Source: Salisapilia sapeloensis CBS 127946 (Eukaryota; Protista; Oomycota). From it: DNA of 32,655 nucleotides. The stretch covers positions 1-32,655 of the forward strand of contig JAADVB010000213.1 of assembly GCA_023334545.1 (NCBI GenBank). The letters run 5' to 3'. The notes below the pieces were generated by a model. It saw nothing but the letters and a program-made list of their open reading frames with translations, had not been told where the DNA came from and searched no databases. Of this stretch, positions 9,148-17,703 are shown in pieces. Made by a program: the position numbers and the translations under genes. How positions within the stretch are numbered: position 1 is the stretch's first letter; the number at the start of each line of letters is the position of its first letter.

Positions 9148-11058
9148 ATGGATCTGCTTTCTTCGGACCGACAAGATGCTGTCCGTCTCATTCGCGAGCA
9201 TCTCACGTGTATCCTCTGGTACGTCCACAAGCTTCATAAGACACTGCAACGACACTTATATCATCTATACAGATAATCTAACGTGAATTATTTCTAATAT
9301 TCTAGTAAAAACCTCTTTGTCGAGCCACAAGCACTCGATTGTAAGCACAACTTTTGTGCCAATTGCATTTCATACTACCTCAGTAGAGCCGAGAGTTTCT
9401 GTCCTACTTGTCGACTACCAACGCGTCCGTCCGAGTCGACTAGGAATCAATCTCTCGAAAGCCTTCTAGCTGCTTGGAAAGTCGTCGAGCAGCAGCTACA
9501 AAACGTATCTGACGCGAATGTCGACAATGCCATCACTGCCAATATGGCTGAAAAGGTTTTCTCTGCCAATACTGACGATAATCCGATCGTTTGGAAACCA
9601 ACACCAGAATCATCCAACGCAAGTAGAGGCTCTGCTCCGTCTCAAAAGTGGAATGTAGACATTTCGTCTATTAAGCAGACGAGTGGAAAAGCACGAAAGA
9701 ATGGACAGAGCACGAGTACCTGTCGGTCTAATGCACTAGAGGTAGAAGTACATACATCGAATACCGGTGGTGGTAACACGAGTTTACTGGAAGACATGGC
9801 GTCTGACTCTGGCACCGGTGCATCTGTAGACAATGAGTCTTCCAGCGTCATGCAGACACAAGACTTGGACGCTTACATGTCAACGATCCGACAGCAGGAA
9901 GCAGATCTAGACCGTGCGACTTCTCCACCATCCAATCGCAAAGCCAAGAAACGGAAACGTGCGAGCGAGTACATTCCAACAGCTAACTTTGGCCATTCCA
10001 ACGTCCTTGCGAATATATTGCAATCGCAATCTTCCAATGAAGAAAAAGATGACAGTCAAGCCCGAATGCCATTCTCTCCTGACCTCTTATCAACTCCCCA
10101 GTCGAAACACAACAAGAAACGACAGTACGCTAGCTCTCATTGGGGCTCCACACGGGCACAGAAGGGGAATAAGACGTCCAAGGAGAAAAGTAGGGTTGAG
10201 AATAATGTAGCGGATACACCGAGTAAACAAGTGTGGCGGAGAAATTGGGAAGAGCCGGATCAATTGATCGAGGATCTCACCCAGACACCTACGTCAGACG
10301 ACGTCCAACAAGATGTAAACGCTCGATTAAATGCTGCTATGCAAGTAGAAGCGAAAGTAGAAGTGGAGACACTCGTCGATATACCGACAGATAAGTTCAT
10401 GTTCGTATCTACAGACGTACCACCAAAGAGGGCGAGACAGGTACTAGAAGCTTGCAAGCAGCTCGGCGCACGCTTCGGGCCGTCCTTTGACTGCTTCTAC
10501 GATGAAGAGCACAAGACGTATTCGACGTCTGTCACGCACTTGCTCACCCGCACCAATGCGTCTGGACGGTGTAAACGCACCGCAAAGTACATGCGAGCGT
10601 TGGCAGAAGGCTGCTACATCGTTGATGTGACATGGGTAGAAGATAGTGCTGCGTCGGGCAAGTGGATTACGGATATGGACAAATATGAAGTCATCGGAGA
10701 CATGTATAGTGACGCGACGCATAAGCCTCGGGAAGCAAGACAACGACGTTGGGTGTCTGGGAAACGTAACGAGATCTTTCGAGGACTGCACTTTGTTCTA
10801 TTGGATGAAGTGGACGCATTTGGCTTTCAAATGGACAGTTTGAATGAAATTGTAGGACATTTTGGAGGAAGGATGACGATGGAGATGGAGGAAATGGACA
10901 AGAAACAGTCTGTCGGGATCGTGCCGAACACCATGTCGTGTGAAGAGGCAAGAGCGTGTTTTGATCGGTGGCACAAACCGATTGTTCGAGTCACGTGGCT
11001 GTTCGATAGTATTAGTCATCTAGAAGTGCTTTCGTTTGATGACTACTATCCGTATTAA
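9148..11058 (+). CDS. BRCA1/BARD1-like protein: N-terminal C3HC4 RING plus C-terminal tandem BRCT, 607 aa, 2 exons
   Basis: Exons 9148-9218 and 9306-11058, separated by an 87-nt intron (GTACGT...TTCTAG) that splits the second RING Cys codon. Spliced RING: LTCILCKNLFVEPQALDCKHNFCANCISYYLSRAESFCPTCR. BRCT motifs RTAKY..ALAEG.YIV..TWV, GD....PREAR, IFRGL and PIVRVTWLFDSI resemble BRCA1. KAKKRKR is a candidate NLS. Confidence 0.9.
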
Positions 11059-12404
11059 GATAATAATTGACGAATCATGTATTCAAGTCGTGGTCTTTTG
11101 GGTCCAAACACGAGTTCAGGTAGGAGGCGCAAGTGTTGTACATTAAAGGAGCCAAGACGGAAGATGTACCTCGAGGATACTTCATTCTTTCGAGACATGT
11201 AATCAGAGCATTGTGGTAAGAGTTTGCGTGCGGCTAAAGTTACCAGATGACGGTGAAGCTGTCTCTAGGCTACCACAAACTATTATTCTTTACGATATGT
11301 CTCGCAAAGGTGACGATGGTCCTGTGCTGTATAAGCTGAGTATCTTGATGGGTCTTAGTGTTGGATCAGCAAAGGGTTAGTCCACTGCTGCATGAGAGAT
11401 AAGTGTTCAACGACACCTACTTTACTGACTTGAACGAAATGTGGAGTAGTACTCGACCTTTGCTTGTGCGTATCCAATAGAATGCCGCTGATAAGTGGAG
11501 TGGCTGCAAACACAAGAGTTTGAACACTTTGCTGGACCCTAGTTTGACGAAATATCTTGGATAAAACGATTTGTAGCATTTGATGCTGTTCGAATGATGT
11601 CATAGGCTTCCATGAACTTTACAGCTTCAACGTCCCACGACATGATATTCTCTTTTTTAGGGATAGCACAGTTATATTTCGACGCGACAGGGTAAATTCC
11701 ATAGCCATTATATCTCAAACAGTTGCTTTTATCTTATCCCTAAAGCTTGCCAAGGAAAGCAGTCTATAGCTTATACTATGCGAGCCGATTCGGATAGATT
11801 TTAACTGCAAGATACACTTCTGGGTTGGATGTATGCCAATCGGAGCATACGCGCGGTCTATATCCCTTGGCATGAATTTTCAGAACTAAGCACATCATCT
11901 TTTGACCACCAGTTACGCTTTCATGATGTTCTATTTCTAAAGAAGATGGAATAGCTATAAACAGTGATAGCTTAAGGTAAAGATGTGTATGCGCAAGCTC
12001 GCATGAATCAGTAGCATGCACGAATTGAACAGCGATATCCAAATTGGTATTTGCAAGCCACTATCTACGTTTGCGATATCTTCGCGACATTAGCCTGAAT
12101 TGATACCAGCAAAGACGCCAGGAAAGTTTCTTTGAGTAATGTATGGCATAAGCTCTCCTGCCCTACGAATTCTATCTTCTAAATTGTTGAAAGTCAACAT
12201 GCTCCACCAGGGGAGCACCTATTTTTTGTAACCATGCGCCTGAACCCATGTATCCGTCACCACGGATACTCTTCCCGTTGATTACCACGCTACAATTCGC
12301 GATTTTACCTTTATTAAAGTATGCACTACTTCAACCTGAACTGACCAGGTTTCCACCACTCCTTCTGAGTTCTTGCCATCCCGGTATTCCTTGCTCGACA
12401 TTCC

Positions 12405-12420
12405 TCACTTCTCAAATTCC
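12405..12420 (+). promoter_or_regulatory. INR+FPR core promoter
   Basis: TCACTTCTCAAATTCC, 68 nt upstream of ATG 12473. Confidence 0.6.
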
Positions 12421-12472
12421 CTTCTCTCGGACAAACCAACAGCCAACAAGCTATAAGCCAAGCATCTACAAT

Positions 12473-13084
12473 ATGAAGCTCCAACTTGTCATTCTCGCAG
12501 TTATTGTCACGATCATCAGCGCCCAGGACCCTGAAGTCTCCGCCCAGATATCTCCTGCCGACGGCAAAGCGCCTGAAGGACCGAACAAAGAGTCTCCTGC
12601 TGAAGGCCAATCTTCTGAAGGATCCAAGCAAGGACCTTCCGTTGACGGCCAAGCGCCAGAAGGGTCTAAGCAAGGGCCATCCGCCGACGAGCAGGGCCTT
12701 AATGAACTTCAGGAAGGATCTCCTGACGAGCAGCACCTGGAGGGGTCTAACCAAGGACCAGACGCTAACGCCATGAGCTCTGGGGTTGAAGGTGCGTCAG
12801 GAGATGAAGATTTGTCTGGACAGGTTGATCCTGCGCAAGGCTCTATGGGGTCGCCCGATGATGCTAGCGTAACGGCACCTCCAGGTGCGGACGGCGCACC
12901 TGCCGAAAACTCGGACACCTCACCTACCAGTGGTGGCAATGGCTCACCTGCTGCAGGTGGTGCACCAGCTTCTGGCAACACAGCTTCAGATTCTGATAAC
13001 GGAGGGGACACTGATGGAGCCTTGACCCCAATGGCTCACGTAACTGTCACCATCATGATTGCCACTGCTGCCTACTTTTTGTAG
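12473..13084 (+). CDS. Secreted, probably GPI-anchored acidic low-complexity surface protein with 14-aa repeats, 203 aa
   Basis: ATG 12473 opens a signal peptide (MKLQLVILAVIVTIISA). The body is rich in G, S, P, E and D, and the C-terminus is hydrophobic (AHVTVTIMIATAAYFL). The upstream INR argues against the track's start at 12248. Confidence 0.85.
   Translation: MKLQLVILAVIVTIISAQDPEVSAQISPADGKAPEGPNKESPAEGQSSEGSKQGPSVDGQAPEGSKQGPSADEQGLNELQEGSPDEQHLEGSNQGPDANAMSSGVEGASGDEDLSGQVDPAQGSMGSPDDASVTAPPGADGAPAENSDTSPTSGGNGSPAAGGAPASGNTASDSDNGGDTDGALTPMAHVTVTIMIATAAYFL
12551..12757 (+). repeat. Coding tandem repeat, ~42-nt unit x ~5
   Basis: Units: SPADGKAPEGPNKE / SPAEGQSSEGSKQG / PSVDGQAPEGSKQG / PSADEQGLNELQEG / SPDEQHLEGSNQG. 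Confidence 0.8.
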
Positions 13085-13446
13085 ACCATAGTGCCTATCC
13101 TCACCACTATATGCAGTGAGACGAGTAGCTAGAAGCTATGATTTGACCAAGAATAATTCTCACAAACAAGTTTCTTTTGACTAAGCTAATGTGGCATTGG
13201 AAATGGGTACAAACTAATAGTAATTGCCACGTTGATGTATGGACAGATCGTGCATCGAAAATGATGTCTGTTCAAATACAATTGACAGAATACTTTTCGT
13301 ACGGAGAATCATCTTCGGTATTGGCAGTCGTACATCTTTCAATCTGCGGAAATTCGTAGACGAATATAGATTACAATTCTTTGAACTGATGTGCTGACAA
13401 AATCTGAGTAGACTTTGAAGATGTGTTGGCGCTCCACCTGGAAGAA

Positions 13447-13462
13447 GCATTCTTGCTTTTGC
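13447..13462 (+). promoter_or_regulatory. INR+FPR core promoter
   Basis: GCATTCTTGCTTTTGC, 32 nt upstream of ATG 13479. Confidence 0.55.
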
Positions 13463-13478
13463 TCGCTACAGAAGAACC

Positions 13479-13982
13479 ATGCAATTCCGTACTCTGCTCG
13501 TTGTTGGTGCCCTCGCTGCAGTGCAATGCAGTGCTCAAGGTACGACTACTGCGGACGGTCAAGGAAGTGGTTTGCCAGTCTCGAACCCGGGAGCCTCTGA
13601 TATCGTCGCTTCGAATCCAGGCTCCTTTAATGGCATTGTTGAGCGTCCCTCTTCCACAGATACGACCGGCCAAGGAACGCAAGGAAATGATGTGGCAGCT
13701 AGCAACCCGGGGTCATCCGGTAGCATCGCCGCTTCCAATCCAGGCTCTTTCAATGGCATCGTCGATCGCTCTTCCTCCATGGATACGGGCAGCAGCTCGA
13801 TGCCTTCTAGTGACTCGACGATGTCTGACGAGTCCATGTCTTCTGAGGAATCCATGTCCTCCGACGAATCCATGTCCAGCACCGGTTCCTCGGACGAGTC
13901 TGGATCTGAATCGGACTCTAGCAGCATTGCTTCGACGTCGGTGGTTACCATTGCGGTGGCGATGGCAAGCTACTTTTTCTAA
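13479..13982 (+). CDS. Secreted, probably GPI-anchored Ser-rich surface protein with internal repeats, 167 aa
   Basis: Signal peptide MQFRTLLVVGALAAVQCSA, four SNPG motifs, a Ser/Met/acidic stalk, and a hydrophobic C-terminus (STSVVTIAVAMASYFF). Confidence 0.85.
   Translation: MQFRTLLVVGALAAVQCSAQGTTTADGQGSGLPVSNPGASDIVASNPGSFNGIVERPSSTDTTGQGTQGNDVAASNPGSSGSIAASNPGSFNGIVDRSSSMDTGSSSMPSSDSTMSDESMSSEESMSSDESMSSTGSSDESGSESDSSSIASTSVVTIAVAMASYFF
13599..13880 (+). repeat. Coding repeats: 66-nt direct repeat (13599-13664 and 13722-13787) plus 15-18-nt MSS(D/E)ES repeats (13821-13880)
   Basis: DIVASNPGSFNGIVERPSSTDT versus SIAASNPGSFNGIVDRSSSMDT (123-nt period), followed by MSDES-MSSEES-MSSDES-MSS. 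Confidence 0.8.
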
Positions 13983-14253
13983 TCACTTTCAATCTACTCT
14001 AACCCTTTACGAAACAAACTTGATGTTTCTTATTCGTTTCTATATGAAGACAAGTAAAAATTGATAAATAAATCTCTTTGACTTGTTCTTGTAACTTTCA
14101 TTAAGCGACGCTTTGGCTCTCGTATGATGCATGAGTCGGCGTTCCCTCTTGCTCACCCTAGTGCAAGAGACACATGCCAATGTAACCGTCAGAAGCTTGT
14201 TTATGAGTTATTTAGAATACTGGAAAGAAAAGATCGTGACACGATCTAGCAGT

Positions 14254-15316
14254 CTATGTAGCTGGTGTTTTGATACTTACCGCGGCAAAGACGTGGTCTT
14301 CAGAAGTACGTCGTGGCTTCCGACGTGAGTGCAGCCAAAAGACAATGGCGTCACGGTTCCAATAGACTACAAATGCCGAGAGCATGAGGACTAGGAGTAG
14401 AACCACGAGGATTCCTATCCAGACGCCATTGTTGCGGTTACTAGTTGTACTAGTTTTTGTTGTGGACTCTTTTTTATCTTCCTCGTCGGAAGAGTCGGAG
14501 CTCTCATCTTCTGAATGATCAGCTCGTATGGTTGGCTTCGGAGATGCGGTTTGGACTTCCCCATGGGAGGTTTGGACTCGAATAATATCTCCATCGTCAA
14601 TACGACTACCACTGTTCGCACCTAAATCCAAATCGTACGGATCTAGATAAGCATGTTTAGTACGTACTACTAACAAACCGTATAAACAAGATGAACCTTT
14701 GGATGTGGGGCAGAAGACGACGGACATGATGGCACTGGATGGACAATTGTGGGTCTTGTCGTTCTGTTCTGGGTACTGATAGGCATCTTCACAGCCGTCT
14801 TCAAGACACGAGAGCGTTCGGCAGTTAAATCCGTTCGTATCACTTTGAGGAGAGATTTGCAAAGCGACATTAAAGCCTACGCCGCCAGTATGCTCCTTGC
14901 AGTTGCTTAGACTGTCACAATACTCGGGCTACGAAGACACAGTGATTACTTCTAAAAATATCAGGAACTTGTAGAAGATGAACGTACGCCGCTTTTGGGT
15001 CCGGTCGGAATGATACTTATGTCGTACCAAGTCTTGTCTTCTTGGATGGAGAACTCGGCCACTAGCATACTACTGAGTCATGTGGTCACTTTCTGGTATG
15101 AGAAAGATGTATCATACGAGTAGCTTGGTTGCTCATGCCACTTCGGTAAGCTCGAATATCCCCAGGCTCCAGTTCTTGCTTAACGGCGGAATTGGACTTG
15201 AGACGGTCAGTGTTACCATTGTCGTACAATAGGATGTCGTCGTCACAAAGGTTGAGGAGGTAGATATCGACGGCTTGAGCAGTTGCAGCCCAGAGCACTA
15301 GCAAAACAGCCTTCAT
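14254..15316 (-). CDS. Thaumatin/osmotin-like protein with signal peptide and C-terminal transmembrane helix, 315 aa, 3 exons
   Basis: Exons 15316-15118, 15061-14988 and 14928-14254; introns of 56 nt (GTATGA..GCTAG) and 59 nt (GTACGT..CGTAG). Spliced product: MKAVLLVLWAATAQA...NQATLAEFSIQEDKTWYDISIIPTG...PEYCDSLSNCKEHTGGVGFNVALQISP...CRTLSCLEDGCEDAYQYP...NC...VVFCP, then an acidic S/T linker, a TM helix (14424-14359) and a short basic tail. Confidence 0.9.
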
Positions 15317-16351
15317 ACTGCCTACATGCATTTTACGTTGTGTCCTTAGCCGTGGCCGTCGGTCCGGACTCGGCACCTCGAAAAAAATAATAATCAAACG
15401 CTATCATCTGCTGACGCCGAAACTTTCTACGGGATAGTCCCGTTTTGTAGTATCCATTCCCAACGGAATGGAAGGCAGCGCACCATGAGATAGTTATGCG
15501 GACCGAGGCTGACGCTACCACACATGAACTTCAAGCATAGCTAATGAGGAGCTACATGTCGCTATTTATGTTCACTTATATCGGTCTGAACGAACGCAAG
15601 CCCAAGAGCAGCATGGATATCTGTAGGTCTTGCTAGCAGCTACTGGCGACAGATTGAAGTCAAAATATTGCCTGTCAAGCAACTCATGTCGCATCGGGAT
15701 TCTGTCAACTACGCAAAATTTTTCTGCGGCTTGCCCAGTGTACCCATATCAGGCAGTGGGCTTTGAGACGAGAGTGTACCGCGTCCGGTGGAAGTGATTG
15801 GAGTTCAATATCATGAACAACACGGTTGCCCAAGAAACGCTGGATAGGATGGTAACCTGATTTTCTTAGATATTTTTTGAATAGATCAAGCCTGATCTTC
15901 TGACTATTTAAGACAGCATTTCACTTGTGGAGGTGCAACTTACATTGCTCAGAGTATCTCTGCAAGGTACCAAACTCTATTCGGCATAGAACAAGATCCG
16001 AGTGATATGCTATGGCGAACAAATCTACTACGAATAGTATGTACGCTCTATAAAGCCTCTTTAGGCAGATCGACTGACGTCAGTTATTTCATAGCAGATG
16101 CCATCGCACAAGATACCAGACAAGATCATCTCCTCAGCAATGGTTGAAGATTAAGCATAGCGGATACCAAGATTGGCGCAATTACGTCTTCTTCTATTGT
16201 ACCTGGTATCTGCATCAGGAAGCGATATTGATTTTACAAGACGACGAGAGGATCGACACACCAAGGACGTATCTTTAATTGAAAAAGTTTAAAGAAGAGC
16301 ATTCAAGCGTTGTTTACAATGGTTAGCCGATATCGACAAGTAGATCGACGC

Positions 16352-17479
16352 TTACAGGTCAAGCAAGACCGAAATCTCGTTTTCTGAAATACTGTTCGCG
16401 TCGTAGTTAAAGCCATCTCCATGAAGACCAACGATTTTAATTGTGCCCGGGTCGTGGTCATGAATAAGTGTTAGGATGTTTATGTACTCTTCAGTAGGAC
16501 GCGAGAGAAAGTTTTCGTTGCCTGGAGATGGGTTCTTGTTCAAAAAGTAGTAGTGCGTTATCAGCTTCTCCACATTTGGAATCGCTTCGGCGATATCCAA
16601 TTCGCCACATCCACCAGGGTCACCCATGCCACGGCAATTGCATTGGTATTGAGAACTTCGAACTGCCTGTGCATTCAGCATCCAGATGGCTGGCAAGTCT
16701 GGCTTGCGGCCTGACTTTGGCATCTTTACACGAGTCGCAAACAGCTTCTTGCCGCCATCCCATCCATGATACCCGTGTTCGTCATGCCACCCGAGACACG
16801 AACCAGCACACTTAGCGTCCTGCATGATATTCACTTCATCCCCAGTCGCTATGCCGACACCAGCATATTTATTCGACGGATCGGAGGCATCCTCAAGTTT
16901 CCCATTAAAGCCGCTTCGAACTGTCTGCGGACTTCGCTCGGCAGTTCCGTAGTTTCGATTTTCCATGAAGACTAGATTGTTACTTGAGCCGCCCGAGTAG
17001 GACGAGACTTTATCCCATGAGCCTCTAGAGGAGCCATCAAAGACTGCAATATCCGAAATTTCCATCGGGCCGCGGAAGATGATAGAGACCTCTTCGCTCA
17101 TTGGACCGACCTTGGAATTCACCGAATGCTTCTTCTTGCTGCAGCTCTTGAGGTCAGTGACCATGTCATAGCTTCCGGAGCCTCCGGCATTACCACCAGT
17201 GTAGGCATGCTTGCCTTTGACATTTTGAGCATCTTTCAAAGCTGAACTCGGTACTTCGGACGTCCGGAAGTTACCTCTACCCGTGTCGCCTTTGTTTGCT
17301 TTTGGATCCAAGTAATCGTTCCCAGACGGAAGTTGATCTGGTGGGCTTACTTTCCCTTGCATGTACGCATTATCAGTCCAGTTTCCAACCTTTGCACTGT
17401 CCTGCAAAGCAGAGCTTTCACCGGTGATCAAGCACGCTGTGATCACACCTAGGCATACCCAAGATCGTTTCAGCAGCAT
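16352..17479 (-). CDS. Tos1/YJL171C-like putative glycosyl hydrolase (DUF2403 + DUF2401 type), secreted
   Basis: ATG 17479 opens a signal peptide. Motifs: VGPMSEEVSIIFRGPMEISDIAVF, KLFATRVKMP, DLPAIWMLNAQAVRSSQYQCNCRGMGDPGGCGELDIAE. Confidence 0.88.
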   Translation of the reverse strand: MLLKRSWVCLGVITACLITGESSALQDSAKVGNWTDNAYMQGKVSPPDQLPSGNDYLDPKANKGDTGRGNFRTSEVPSSALKDAQNVKGKHAYTGGNAGGSGSYDMVTDLKSCSKKKHSVNSKVGPMSEEVSIIFRGPMEISDIAVFDGSSRGSWDKVSSYSGGSSNNLVFMENRNYGTAERSPQTVRSGFNGKLEDASDPSNKYAGVGIATGDEVNIMQDAKCAGSCLGWHDEHGYHGWDGGKKLFATRVKMPKSGRKPDLPAIWMLNAQAVRSSQYQCNCRGMGDPGGCGELDIAEAIPNVEKLITHYYFLNKNPSPGNENFLSRPTEEYINILTLIHDHDPGTIKIVGLHGDGFNYDANSISENEISVLLDL

Positions 17480-17499
17480 GCTCGCCAAGTTTCTACGAC

Positions 17500-17515
17500 G
17501 CAAGTTTTAAAATGA
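17500..17515 (-). promoter_or_regulatory. INR+FPR core promoter of the Tos1-like gene
   Basis: The minus strand reads TCATTTTAAAACTTGC, 36 nt upstream of the ATG. Confidence 0.65.
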
Positions 17516-17703
17516 CATGCTGATGTGGAAACCCTCGTAAAGTTTTGAAACCCACGTCAATTGCCACGTTCAGTGACTAGAAACCGCACGAAACGACGTT
17601 CATACATGTGGCTGACGTGTCCACGAAAACGGATGTAGCTGCATGGATACCCTCATCTACTTTATAATGTGCACGATACAAAAGGCAAGAGTAAAAACTT
17701 GTA

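Noticed and set aside
12248-12472. 75-aa N-terminal extension of the surface protein shown in the ORF track
   Set aside because: An INR+FPR at 12405 lies inside it, and a clean signal peptide starts at ATG 12473.
13423-14064. 213-aa alternative-frame ORF, and the antisense ORF 13559-13951
   Set aside because: Shadow frames of the repetitive Ser-rich gene at 13479-13982.
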